Part shown: in pieces, positions 1 through 9,624 of the stretch
Layout of the letters: the number at the start of each line of letters is the position of its first letter
How positions within the stretch are numbered: position 1 is the stretch's first letter
Source: an uncultured bacterium
Lineage (GTDB): Bacteria; Zixibacteria; MSB-5A5; UBA10806
Length of the DNA stretch: 64,000 nt
Reading direction: 5' to 3'
Assembly: GCA_965541585.1 (NCBI GenBank)
Contig: CBEUCH010000002.1
Span: 160,001-224,000 of the forward strand
Program-made: the position numbers and the translations under genes
The notes under the pieces: generated by a model
Database searches by the model: none
The model's input: the letters and a program-made list of their open reading frames with translations, nothing else
Told to the model about the DNA's origin: nothing

Positions 1-1560
1 CTTTCGCGGTTGACCTTGATGGCGATGGCGACAATGACCTGGCCGTGGCTAATGAAGGTTCCCACAATGTCTCGGTTCTTCTGAATAACGGTGACGGGAC
101 ATTTCAGGCAGCGGTTAATTACTTGGCCGGGGATAGACCTGTTTCAGTTTTCGCGGTTGACCTCGATGGCGTTGGCCACAATGACCTGGCCGTGGCTAAT
201 GTTGGTTCCGACAGTGTATCAGTCCTTCTGAATAACGGTGACGGGACATTTCAAACAGCGGTTAATTATGGGGCCGAGGATTTTCCTTCTTCAGTTTTCG
301 CAGTTGACCTCGATGGCGATGGCGACAATGACCTGACCGTGGCTAATCGGTATTCCGACAATGTCTCAGTTCTCCTGAATAACAGTGACGGGACATTTCA
401 AGAGGCGGTTAATTACGGGACCGGGGGTGGTTCTGTTTTAGTTTTCGCGGTTGATCTCGACGGCGATGGCGATAATGACCTGGCAGTGGCTAATGCCGGC
501 TCCGACAATGTCTCAGTTCTTCTGAATAACGGTGACGGTATATTTCAGGCGTCGGTCGATTACGGGGCGGGGAGTTGGCCTATCTCAGTTTTCGCGGCTG
601 ACCTCGATGGCGATGGCGACAATGACCTGGCCGTGGCTAATGGTTATTCCTACAATGTCTCAGTACTTCTGAGCAACGGTGACGGGACATTTCAAGAGGC
701 GGTTAGTTACGAGGCGGCGTATGGCCCCTCGTCAGTTTTCGCAGTTGACCTCGATGGCGACGGCGACAAAGACCTGGCTGTAGCTAATGATGGTGGCTTT
801 TATGGCTACGAATGTGTCTCGGTGCTTCTGAATAACGGTGACGGTATATTTCAGGCGGCAGTCATTTATGATACCGGAGATGGTCCTGTTTCTGTTTTCG
901 CGGTTGACCTCGATGGCGATGGAGACAAAGACCTGGCCGTGGCTAATTATGACTCCGAAAATGTCTCAGTCCTTCTGAATAACGGTGACGGGACATTTCA
1001 GCCGGCAGTTAACTACGGGGCCGGTAATTCGCCTACCTCAGTTTTCGCGGTTGACCTCGATGGCGATGGCGATAATGACCTGGCCGTGGCTAATGAAGGT
1101 TCCCACAATGTCTCGGTTCTTCTGAATAACGGTGACGGGACATTTCAGGCAGCGGCTAATTACAGGGCCGGAGATTTTCCTTCTTCAGTTTTCGCGGCTG
1201 ACCTCGATGGCGATGGCGACAAAGACCTGGCCGTGGCTAATCGTTTTTCCTACAATGTCTCAGTCCTTCTGAGCAACGGTGACGGGACATTTCAGGAGGC
1301 GGTTAATTACGGGGCCGGAGATTTTCCTTCTTCAGTTTTCGCGGTTGACCTCGATGGCGATGGCGACAATGACCTAACCGTGGCTAATCGTTTTTCCTAC
1401 AATGTCTCAGTCCTTCTGAACAACGGTGACGGGACATTTCAGGCGGCGGTTAATTACGGCGCCGGAGGTTTTCCTTCTTCAGTTTTCGCGGTTGACCTCG
1501 ATGGCGATGGAGACAATGACCTGGCCGTGGCTAATTATCGCGCTAAAGATATTTCAATAT
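1..1560 (+). repeat. Intragenic tandem repeat, ~147-bp period
   Basis: Recurring gacctcgatggcgatggcgacaatgacctggccgtggctaat and ctgaataacggtgacgggacatttca at ~147-nt spacing. Confidence 0.95.
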
Positions 1561-1880
1561 TGATAAATCTTTCAAGCACGACAGGTGTGGATAATTCTCC
1601 CGAAGCATCTTTGCCTGAGAGTTTCGGTATTTCTCAGAACTATCCCAACCCCTTTAACGCCTCTACAGTAATTCAATACAATATACCTTTAGCTTCCGAT
1701 GTAATAATCGACATTTATGATATCCTCGGCCGCAAGGTTGAGACGCTGATTCAGGGAGAACAGCAAGCCGGGTATCATCAGATAACATGGGATGCGAAAG
1801 GTCAATCTTCCGGCATGTATTTTTACCGTATTCAGGCGGGGGAATATTCTGAAGCCAAAAAGATGTTGTTGTTGAAGTAG
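3..1880 (+). CDS. FG-GAP/VCBS repeat protein with C-terminal T9SS/FlgD-type sorting domain (5' partial)
   Basis: About 11 copies of a ~49-aa unit (FAVDLDGDGDNDLAVAN..S.NVSVLLNNGDGTFQ.AVNY); frame is open from the window edge; C-terminus QNYPNPFN...SGMYFYRI...KKMLLLK. Confidence 0.92.
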   Translation, partial: FAVDLDGDGDNDLAVANEGSHNVSVLLNNGDGTFQAAVNYLAGDRPVSVFAVDLDGVGHNDLAVANVGSDSVSVLLNNGDGTFQTAVNYGAEDFPSSVFAVDLDGDGDNDLTVANRYSDNVSVLLNNSDGTFQEAVNYGTGGGSVLVFAVDLDGDGDNDLAVANAGSDNVSVLLNNGDGIFQASVDYGAGSWPISVFAADLDGDGDNDLAVANGYSYNVSVLLSNGDGTFQEAVSYEAAYGPSSVFAVDLDGDGDKDLAVANDGGFYGYECVSVLLNNGDGIFQAAVIYDTGDGPVSVFAVDLDGDGDKDLAVANYDSENVSVLLNNGDGTFQPAVNYGAGNSPTSVFAVDLDGDGDNDLAVANEGSHNVSVLLNNGDGTFQAAANYRAGDFPSSVFAADLDGDGDKDLAVANRFSYNVSVLLSNGDGTFQEAVNYGAGDFPSSVFAVDLDGDGDNDLTVANRFSYNVSVLLNNGDGTFQAAVNYGAGGFPSSVFAVDLDGDGDNDLAVANYRAKDISILINLSSTTGVDNSPEASLPESFGISQNYPNPFNASTVIQYNIPLASDVIIDIYDILGRKVETLIQGEQQAGYHQITWDAKGQSSGMYFYRIQAGEYSEAKKMLLLK

Positions 1881-1978
1881 TGGCTGCACTTCAGGCAGTG
1901 TTTTGCCTTCGCACCTTCTTTAAAGCTACCGAATTCTATTATTATATCCCTGTTTAATTATGATATCCACATTTCCGA

Positions 1979-2006
1979 TTGACAAGTAGATAGCCTCCGT
2001 TAAATT
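1979..2006 (+). promoter_or_regulatory. Sigma70-type promoter for nadC, probably leaderless
   Basis: TTGACA-16nt-TAAATT, then 6 nt to ATG 2013; no SD sequence. Confidence 0.5.
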
Positions 2007-2012
2007 ACCGCT

Positions 2013-2861
2013 ATGAAGAAAATGCCCGACGATATCGAACTTATCCGGCTCGCGCTGGCCGAGGATGCAGGCCGCGGAGATATCACCACCCAGGCCCTGA
2101 AACTGAAAGGCCGGAAGGGCGAGGGGGTGGTGATAGCCAGGGACGCAGGAGTGATCTCGGGTATCGGGCCGTTAAAAAAGGTTTTCCAAACCCTGTCCCC
2201 GTCGTTTTCGTTTAAGGTATTGCAAAATGACGGCCGTCCGGTAAAGCCGGGCGATGAGATCATCCGGATAAAAGGGCCTCTGGATTCAATGCTCACCGGA
2301 GAGCGTACGGCGATGAATATTATCGGCCATCTATCCGGTGTGGCAACTCTGACGAGAGCTTTTGCAGATGCGATCGAAACACCTCCTGCAAAAATATATG
2401 ATACCAGGAAGACAACTCCCGGGATGCGGGCCTGGGAGAAAAAGGCCGTCCTCCATGGCGGCGGGGCCAACCATCGTATGGGCTTACATGATATGTATCT
2501 GGTCAAAGAGAATCATATCGCCGCAGCCGGAGGGCTTGAAGCGGCCATGCGGCTGGCAATCGCGCACAGGCGAAAGACGAGAGCTAGGCTGGAAGTGGAA
2601 GTTCGCAATCTCTCCGAATTGAAAAAGGTACTGCCGTTTAAGCCTGATTACATTCTTCTCGATAATTTCACGGTCCCGGGGCTAAGAAAGGCCGCTAAGC
2701 TTGCGAAATCTATTCGTCCGGGGATAGTCCTCGAAGCTTCAGGACGAATCGATTTGAAAACAGTCAAAAAGATCACCGCTACCGGTATCGATCGTATCTC
2801 GATCGGTAAGCTCACGCATTCGGCGCCGGCGCTGGATCTATCGTTTAAGGTGATAGGTTGA
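2013..2861 (+). CDS. nadC: Nicotinate-nucleotide pyrophosphorylase (quinolinate phosphoribosyltransferase)
   Basis: ALAED..GDITT, DTRKTTPG, NHRMGL, KENH, EVEV, LLDNF, EASG, LDLS motifs. Confidence 0.96.
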   Translation: MKKMPDDIELIRLALAEDAGRGDITTQALKLKGRKGEGVVIARDAGVISGIGPLKKVFQTLSPSFSFKVLQNDGRPVKPGDEIIRIKGPLDSMLTGERTAMNIIGHLSGVATLTRAFADAIETPPAKIYDTRKTTPGMRAWEKKAVLHGGGANHRMGLHDMYLVKENHIAAAGGLEAAMRLAIAHRRKTRARLEVEVRNLSELKKVLPFKPDYILLDNFTVPGLRKAAKLAKSIRPGIVLEASGRIDLKTVKKITATGIDRISIGKLTHSAPALDLSFKVIG

Positions 2862-3853
2862 TACAGCAGTCATCCCCGCAATCGAACAATATCCAGGCAG
2901 AGGTGCTCAAGGCGCTCCTGGATTCGCGCGGCCAAAAGGCGACGATAGCAGAGATATGCAAATCAACAGGGCTCAATAGAAAAGATATTAGGGTAGCGAT
3001 CAAAGAGCTACTTAGCTCCGGTATTCAAATCGATAGCCGAAAAGGCTATGAGATAATGAGTCTTCCGGATTCTATTCCGGCTCCATTATTTCTGTGCGGG
3101 CTCAAGAGTCGCGTAATGGGGAGGCAGATTTATTCGTATAAGACAATCGGCTCGACCAACGAAACTGCCCGCAGAATGGCGGAATCGGGTGCGCCGGAGG
3201 GAACAATAATTCTATCAGATAAGCAGACAAAGGGCCGCGGGCGGCTGGGAAGATCCTGGCATTCACCGTCCAGCCTCGGACTGTATTTCTCGCTTATACT
3301 GCGTCCCCGAATCCCCTTCGATAAGGTGCCGGCGTTATCGCTGGTAGCGGCGCTGTCGGTTTGCCGGGTTGCAGACCGCGCAGCGGGCCTTAGCTCCATG
3401 ATCAAATGGCCGAACGATTGTTTCATAGGCACGAGAAAAATGGCCGGCATACTGGTGGAGGTATCGGCCGAACTCGACAGTCTGAGCTACGCCGTGCTGG
3501 GGATTGGTATCAATATAAATCATCGGGAAAAGGACTTTCCCCGGGAGTTGAGGTCGGTGGCGACGTCTGTGGCAATCGAAGCCGGCCGGACAATTGAAAG
3601 GGTCGGTTTCCTGCAAAAACTGATCTATGAGTTCGAGAAATCCTATAACAATTTTACCAGGTATGGCCTGCGCTTTATCGGGCCGGAGCTGGTGGAGCGT
3701 TCCACCGTAATAAACCGGGATATTACGGTGCGGGTCGGAAAGAAGAAGATCTCCGGCAGAGCGGTGGGGTTGGATCAGAATGGAGCTTTGAGAATGCTGA
3801 CCGAGGATGGTGTCCGGATCATCTCAGCCGGGGAGGTCACCCTTCGGAGTTAA
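2858..3853 (+). CDS. birA: Bifunctional biotin-protein ligase/repressor
   Basis: N-terminal HTH, STN, QTKGRGRLGRSW, KWPND, KMAGIL, GIGINI, GEV C-terminus. Confidence 0.95.
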   Translation: MIQQSSPQSNNIQAEVLKALLDSRGQKATIAEICKSTGLNRKDIRVAIKELLSSGIQIDSRKGYEIMSLPDSIPAPLFLCGLKSRVMGRQIYSYKTIGSTNETARRMAESGAPEGTIILSDKQTKGRGRLGRSWHSPSSLGLYFSLILRPRIPFDKVPALSLVAALSVCRVADRAAGLSSMIKWPNDCFIGTRKMAGILVEVSAELDSLSYAVLGIGININHREKDFPRELRSVATSVAIEAGRTIERVGFLQKLIYEFEKSYNNFTRYGLRFIGPELVERSTVINRDITVRVGKKKISGRAVGLDQNGALRMLTEDGVRIISAGEVTLRS

Positions 3854-3885
3854 GCTGATATTATTGATCTGTAATTATGGACAAT

Positions 3886-3913
3886 AAAAAAGGCGGGTTA
3901 TAAATCCCGCCCT
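3886..3913 (-). terminator. Intrinsic terminator hairpin (U-tract on minus strand, possibly bidirectional)
   Basis: aaaaaa-ggcggg-ttataaat-cccgcc-ct. Confidence 0.7.
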
Positions 3914-4222
3914 TATTGCGCGAGGCGCTGTTGTATTACCCGTTGTCGCTCGAAGATGTCATTCCGTTGCTGCGCCTTAGCTCAATACTTGTGATTTCAA
4001 GTAAACTACTTCAGTTGTTGCCGCATCCTCACCTAATAAGAGGGATTCCGATTTTCAATTTCATTCATTACGATTTCCTCAAACAATTAAAAACTGCCCC
4101 CGGTTCCCCGAAAATAATTGATCGGGAAATATTTTTCGTTATCATGGCACGTGGCTCGGTATGGAACAACGGCCGGTTTTAAGCCGTTTACTAATCTGAC
4201 GATATAAACAAAGGGTAAGCCT

Positions 4223-5497
4223 ATGAGAAAATCCTTCGCCATCGTAATAGCAATCATGATTTCCGTCACCGGTACGCCCGCTCTGGGGTCCAAGATATTG
4301 GTCCCCATGGATTTGACGCAAACCGATCATCTCAAGGCCTATGGCCTGGCCTATTGGTGCCTGCAGAATGGTATCGATGTTGAATGGCTTTTGAATTACC
4401 GAAGTGGATCTTTTTTGACCGATGACCTGGAGCAGATAGCCGAGGCATGCAGGCTCAAGGGCGTTTCTTACGAACAGATAAGCGGGGCTGAGGAAGCCAG
4501 AATCATGAAGATCATGGAAGAAAGCAACATGGAATCCGTCCTTCTGGAAAAAGCGCCCGTGGTTGCCATCTACGCTCCGCCATCGAGAAGAAACGAGCCG
4601 TGGGATGATGCCGTAAACCTGGTATTGGAGTACGCCGAGATTCCCTTTGATATAATCTGGGATCCGGATGTTCTCCTGGGGAAGCTTGCCGAATATGATT
4701 GGATTCATCTGCATCATGAGGATTTCACCGGCCAGTACGGGAAATTCTATGCGCAATATCGCGGGACACTCTGGTATAAGCAGGATAAAGCGTTAAACGA
4801 GACCACCGCCCGCGAATTGGGATTTGTAAAAGTTTCCGCACTGAAGCTGGCAGTGACGAATGCTATCGAAGATTACGTGGCAGGCGGAGGATTTCTATTT
4901 GCCATGTGCAGCGCCGCCGACACCTACGATATCGCCCGAGCCGCCTGGAGGACTGATATTGTCCCTGCTGAATCCGACGGTGATGGTATCGACTCCGATT
5001 ACATCTCGAAACTCGATTTTCGAAACACTTTTGCTTTCGAAAATTTCGATGTGGTTACAAATCCTTTCATATACGAGCATTCAATGATCGATACTTCGCC
5101 GGTCCGGGGAGGGAGGGGTCTCTCCCCGCAGGCCGATTATTTTACCCTGTTCGATTTCTCGGCAAAGTGGGACCCGGTTCCGACAATGCTGGTGCAGGAT
5201 CATACCGATGTAGTCAACGGTTTCTGGGGCCAGTGCACAGGGTACAACAAGCGGTATATCAAGAAAAACGTGATATTGCTGGCGGAGACCCCGGGGAAGA
5301 GCGAAGCAAAATATATTCATGGTAATTATGGAAAAGGAACATTCACGTTTTTCGGAGGGCACGATCCGGAGGATTATCAGCATATGATCGGAGATCCGCC
5401 TACCGATCTGAGGTTGCACAAGCACTCACCGGGTTACAGGCTGATTTTGAATAACGTTCTTTTCCCGGCAGCCAAGAAAAAGGAGAGAAAAACCTGA
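4223..5497 (+). CDS. Conserved exported protein (family often labelled 'asparagine synthetase B'; class I glutamine amidotransferase-like fold likely)
   Basis: Signal peptide; HLKAYG, WLLNYR, PWDDAV, HLHHEDFTGQYGKF, GGFLFAMCSA, GGHDPEDYQH motifs. Confidence 0.75.
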   Translation: MRKSFAIVIAIMISVTGTPALGSKILVPMDLTQTDHLKAYGLAYWCLQNGIDVEWLLNYRSGSFLTDDLEQIAEACRLKGVSYEQISGAEEARIMKIMEESNMESVLLEKAPVVAIYAPPSRRNEPWDDAVNLVLEYAEIPFDIIWDPDVLLGKLAEYDWIHLHHEDFTGQYGKFYAQYRGTLWYKQDKALNETTARELGFVKVSALKLAVTNAIEDYVAGGGFLFAMCSAADTYDIARAAWRTDIVPAESDGDGIDSDYISKLDFRNTFAFENFDVVTNPFIYEHSMIDTSPVRGGRGLSPQADYFTLFDFSAKWDPVPTMLVQDHTDVVNGFWGQCTGYNKRYIKKNVILLAETPGKSEAKYIHGNYGKGTFTFFGGHDPEDYQHMIGDPPTDLRLHKHSPGYRLILNNVLFPAAKKKERKT

Positions 5498-6342
5498 TTA
5501 CCGGGATCGACAGCGTTTTCAAAGGTCGTCTTGGATTCACCAGCTTCGCTATAGGCGGATCGTTCGACGAGATGCAGAAGTTCGCCTCCCGCCACGGTTT
5601 CGGCCTGGTGCAGGTTGCTCTTGATGATGGCCGGTATTTTCCCGAGAGGATAAATCCCGACGAAAGGCGACGAATTTCGGAGAGTTACCGAAGCCGGGGT
5701 ATCGGGTTATGTTTCCACGGGCCATCGGATATCCCGCTGATGAATCGCCATCGCAGCGTGCGTCTGGCAGGACTGGAGCGCTTGTATGAAATGCTCGATA
5801 TGGCGATTGATATGGGGGGTGAATATTTTGTATTCCATCCGGGGCGGCTGGCCTTCTATTCGATTTCCTCGCACCGGGTTATTTTCATGGAGCAGAAAAT
5901 ACCGGGAAGGCATATCGAGTTATTTTCGGATTCAGTTATCCGGCTTCTGGATTACGCCGGGGACCGCATAAAATTATGTATCGAAAACACCCATACCTTA
6001 CCGCAGCAATTCCTCGACACCATCGCGCGGATGGCTATGGAGAACGGGCTGAATCTCGTCTGGGACGTCGGGCATACGGAGCTTGCGCCGCCGGCCGAAA
6101 GGGAAAAGACCATAAAATTCTTTGAGGAAAATATCCGGAGGGTGAAGCTCGGCCACTTGCACGATGTTTCCAACGGCGCTGTTCACAAGGCCCTGGGAAC
6201 CGGCAAGGTTAACGTTGCCGGTTATCTCGAAATCTTTGATACTATCGGGGCCGACGTGATACTCGAAGTGTTTCCGGAATCCGAGCTTTTGAAATCGATG
6301 GAATATATCAAGAATCTGGAAACAGTTCATAGACCGAAATAG
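5494..6342 (+). CDS. Sugar phosphate isomerase/epimerase family (AP endonuclease 2 TIM barrel); start may be CTG 5494 or ATG 5572
   Basis: HGP..D, FHPG, CIEN, WDVGH, HLHD, H..LG.G.V, LEV metal-binding motifs. Confidence 0.8.
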   Translation: MITGIDSVFKGRLGFTSFAIGGSFDEMQKFASRHGFGLVQVALDDGRYFPERINPDERRRISESYRSRGIGLCFHGPSDIPLMNRHRSVRLAGLERLYEMLDMAIDMGGEYFVFHPGRLAFYSISSHRVIFMEQKIPGRHIELFSDSVIRLLDYAGDRIKLCIENTHTLPQQFLDTIARMAMENGLNLVWDVGHTELAPPAEREKTIKFFEENIRRVKLGHLHDVSNGAVHKALGTGKVNVAGYLEIFDTIGADVILEVFPESELLKSMEYIKNLETVHRPK

Positions 6343-6353
6343 GACAGGTCGGA

Positions 6354-7283
6354 ATGAAATGGATTAAGCCTCCTGTTCTATTTCTCATAGTTGCAATAAT
6401 CCTCATCGTCGCTGGTATCGCCAACGCTGATCCAAAATGCGATCTTTGCAGCAAAACTATTACCGGCAGCTATACTCATTATCCCGATATCGGGATTAAC
6501 GTGTGCTCGCAGTGTGAGCAGACCAGGCCAAGATGCGATAATTGCCGGCGGCCGGTGAACAAACCTCTGCGGGTGGGCCTGGCCCGGCTATGCGAGAGAT
6601 GTGCCGCCAGTGTTGAACGATGTAATTCATGCAGTACCGCTCTTCTGAGCGATTATCACTATTTCGAGGGAAATGAGGCCTTAAAATATTGCTCTGAGTG
6701 TGTGGCAAGGTATCCGATCTGTTCCAACTGCGGAGCGCCGTCCGGTTCGCGCGGGACGAAGCTCGATGATGGGCGATATCTATGCCCAGATTGCCGTAGA
6801 GTGGCGTTGTTCCAGCCCGGCCTGGTGACCCCCATCAAAAAAAAGGTGCTCTCTTACCTCGATAGCGGGATGGGGATAAGAATAAAACATGATATCAAAT
6901 ATTCCCTGCAGGATAAGGATTTTCTGAAAACAAAATCGAAGGATATGCACGGTGATCTCAATGCCCTTTTTTACCGCAAGGGCGACGACTATAACATATA
7001 TGTGCTTTATGGTTTGAGGAAGAAGGACCTGATAGGCGCGATCGCTCATGAGATCACTCATGCCTGGCAGGCCGAGAACTGCGAAAACGATCTGCAGCTT
7101 GAGGATCTCGAGGGATTCGCGCAATGGGCAGCCTATCATACTCTATTATATTTCGACTATGAACAATTGGCAAAGAACATGCGATCGGGAAGCAGCACTT
7201 ATGCAAACGGTCTACGCAAAATGCTTGAAATCGAGAAGCATGGCGGTTCGAACGCGGTGTTCGTTTATATTAAATCTAAATAG
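6354..7283 (+). CDS. Secreted DA1-like zinc metallopeptidase with LIM-like Cys repeats
   Basis: Signal peptide, eight CxxC pairs, AHEITHAW (HExxH) and EGFAQW...Y..G motif. Confidence 0.7.
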   Translation: MKWIKPPVLFLIVAIILIVAGIANADPKCDLCSKTITGSYTHYPDIGINVCSQCEQTRPRCDNCRRPVNKPLRVGLARLCERCAASVERCNSCSTALLSDYHYFEGNEALKYCSECVARYPICSNCGAPSGSRGTKLDDGRYLCPDCRRVALFQPGLVTPIKKKVLSYLDSGMGIRIKHDIKYSLQDKDFLKTKSKDMHGDLNALFYRKGDDYNIYVLYGLRKKDLIGAIAHEITHAWQAENCENDLQLEDLEGFAQWAAYHTLLYFDYEQLAKNMRSGSSTYANGLRKMLEIEKHGGSNAVFVYIKSK

Positions 7284-7387
7284 ATTTACTTTGTAAGCGA
7301 AGAAATAAAGAAACAGCTATGAAAAATGTAAAATAGTAAACGAGGCTGATAAATAATCCACAAAACTACAAGTATTACAAGTTATTA

Positions 7388-7908
7388 CTAAATAGTAACT
7401 AGAGGTTGCGAAGAAACGCTAGATTGCTTTTTGCCGGAAGAACCCGATTCAATCTCAAATATTTCAGCTTCCTCAATGTCCTTTGTAAAATCAAAGCACA
7501 AGTTAATGGGCTCATTTTTGTTGTAATTATCATTGTAACTATCTATATCCGTTTTTAGCAAGCAACAATCACCTACAACTTCCCTTCTGCGCTGCTGAAA
7601 AGAAACCTTCATGTGATTATGATTGGCTGTATCAATATCACCCATAACCATAACGTATGGCCGTTCTTTTCTTGTCTTATTGCATGATATTTACGAATCC
7701 TTCGCCCCTGTGGATCGGTAATACGCTCTTCACGTAATGCACGAGATAAAAGCTCTCTACATTGTCTTCTAATTTCAGCCTGTTGGGGAGCCCATTTTTT
7801 TTCACGAATAGCCCAAAGAGCAACCTCATCCAAATCGACTACATCCACACCATATTTGCGCTTATAGTCATTGATGATGCGTAGGGCCTGCTTTTTCAAT
7901 GTCGCCAT
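7388..7908 (-). pseudogene. Hypothetical protein split by a 1-nt frameshift (~7641-7643)
   Basis: ORFs 7609-7908 and 7388-7651 join as ...KYHAIRQEKNGHTLWLW|GDIDTANHNHMKVSFQQRRREVVGDC if one G is added to the GGG run. Confidence 0.6.
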
Positions 7909-7920
7909 TTCCGTAATTCC

Positions 7921-9057
7921 TTATAGTAAAACTGTTCTGCTCCAGCCATCAGTTAGGGTGGAGACGGTTATAATATTTCTTATTTTTACTAACATTGGTC
8001 TAAAATGCGAATAGGGAATAGTCCCACGACGATGTAGTTGTCCAACTATTATACCTGGATGAATCCCAATCCGGCGTGCAAAACCCATAATGTCTTTCTT
8101 AGAAAACATACTGTCATGCCGCTTTATAAAATGATGCAATTCGCCTTGATCCACAAGAAACTTTATAGCGAACCGGTCTGCTTGTTTTTCTTGGGGCGGT
8201 TTCTGATCATCGGGTTGGGCATCGTCTCCCACTATTTTTGTTTCCAATAGAGGTGATTTTTCTAGTTCGTTTTGTTTCAAATGGCTCAATTCATGACAAA
8301 GAGTGTGCCAGAACCAATCGATGCGGTCATAACGCAAGGAAAGAACTACTACCGGGGAGTATTTATTAAGCCAAAAACAAGCACCATCAATCTTTGTCTT
8401 TGGTAGATGTTCAACTATTAAAAATCGAATACCATATTTCATAAGAAGTCTCGGTATTTCGTAAACACTTTCTGGTTCTAGGCGAAGTACACCTAACTCC
8501 CGCATCATTGAATCGAAATTACGACTTGAGTACCTATTTCTTACCTTCAAAGTTTGTGATAATTTCTTAGCCCTCATTAACCATGACAGTTGCGAAGCGC
8601 TTGGCTTTTCACGATAATCAGTAGATTTTCTTGCCGCATGAGTAAATTGAACTTCATCATTGATGTCGGAAACCTCTAAGAACTGACAAACTTGTGCCTC
8701 CAAAACATCTACGTTGGTTGACCCTTCGAGCCAACCGCGCTTTTGCATTTCTCTTATTGGGGCTTTCTCGAATAACTTTGCTCGCCTAATTACCGCATCG
8801 TCCTTTTTAACTGAAATAGCTAATCTATATGCGGCCTGTAAATTCAACCACACCTGAGGCCCCGTGCCAAATGCATCACCAAGTGCTTTTGCCATCTCCG
8901 GTGAGATTGACCGTCTCCCATTAAGAACATCACTGATTTCGTTACGCTTGTATCCCAGGATTTCTGCTAAATCACTTGATGACCATCCTCGCTCATCTGC
9001 TTCTTCGCGAACATACTCACCGGGATGGAAAGCTTCGGGAACTATTCTCTTTTCCAT
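7921..9057 (-). CDS. higA: HigA family antitoxin (XRE HTH) fused to ImmA/IrrE metallopeptidase
   Basis: HPGE..., ISPEMA..L..AFGT...WLNLQ..Y N-terminus; DGACFW, RYDRIDWFWHTLCHELSH (HExxH), E.QAD.FA. Confidence 0.88.
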   Translation of the reverse strand: MEKRIVPEAFHPGEYVREEADERGWSSSDLAEILGYKRNEISDVLNGRRSISPEMAKALGDAFGTGPQVWLNLQAAYRLAISVKKDDAVIRRAKLFEKAPIREMQKRGWLEGSTNVDVLEAQVCQFLEVSDINDEVQFTHAARKSTDYREKPSASQLSWLMRAKKLSQTLKVRNRYSSRNFDSMMRELGVLRLEPESVYEIPRLLMKYGIRFLIVEHLPKTKIDGACFWLNKYSPVVVLSLRYDRIDWFWHTLCHELSHLKQNELEKSPLLETKIVGDDAQPDDQKPPQEKQADRFAIKFLVDQGELHHFIKRHDSMFSKKDIMGFARRIGIHPGIIVGQLHRRGTIPYSHFRPMLVKIRNIITVSTLTDGWSRTVLL

Positions 9058-9353
9058 TAGTGATAATCCTCAATTTTAAAAATAACTACTTTTTCCTCTC
9101 CGCCTTGCTTTACAAACTGAAAGATTAAACGGAATTGGTCGTTTATTCTAATTGAGTGTTTATTTTTCATTTTTCCTTTCAACTTTTCCAGTCGTAATGC
9201 CTTAAATGCATACAGTACCTGCCTGTTCGGTGCCTGCTTTATTTGATTTATTCGTTTCCGAAACGATCTTGTCAAGATAGGTGACCACTTAGCCGTGTAA
9301 GCAGGATCGAACGCTAATTTTTCAAGGTCCGAATCATGAAATTCAACAACCAT
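9057..9353 (-). CDS. higB: HigB/RelE family toxin
   Basis: LEKLKG...HSIRINDQFRLIF...IEDYH; toxin-first order with HigA. Confidence 0.9.
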   Translation of the reverse strand: MVVEFHDSDLEKLAFDPAYTAKWSPILTRSFRKRINQIKQAPNRQVLYAFKALRLEKLKGKMKNKHSIRINDQFRLIFQFVKQGGEEKVVIFKIEDYH

Positions 9354-9361
9354 CCTTGCCT

Positions 9362-9390
9362 ATTATAATTATTAATATCGGATTTGTCAA
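9362..9390 (-). promoter_or_regulatory. Consensus sigma70 promoter of higBA operon
   Basis: Minus strand TTGACA-17nt-TATAAT, 8 nt before the higB ATG. Confidence 0.75.
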
Positions 9391-9624
9391 TATATAAATT
9401 TAAAAATATTGTAAATTGATAAATAAAAAATGTTAACCCTTTCAACTGCATAAGGTTAAGCTTTTACCTTACAGCTATAGCATGGGCCAAATGTTAAGAA
9501 TATTAGGCAACATATATTAAATAGGCTTACTACACATCTTGCCTGTTGCGTTTGATGATCGGTTTCCTGATATTGGCAGGGATTGAAATAGTGAATCCTC
9601 CTGAAAATGCTCGAGGAGATGATA

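Noticed and set aside
1..1560. CRISPR array
   Set aside because: Repeats are in-frame coding units of ~147 bp without unique spacers; no cas genes
3916..4182. 88-aa plus-strand ORF
   Set aside because: TTG start directly after a terminator hairpin, no SD, no recognisable motifs
6354..7283. Multiheme cytochrome c
   Set aside because: CxxC pairs lack the following His (no CxxCH)
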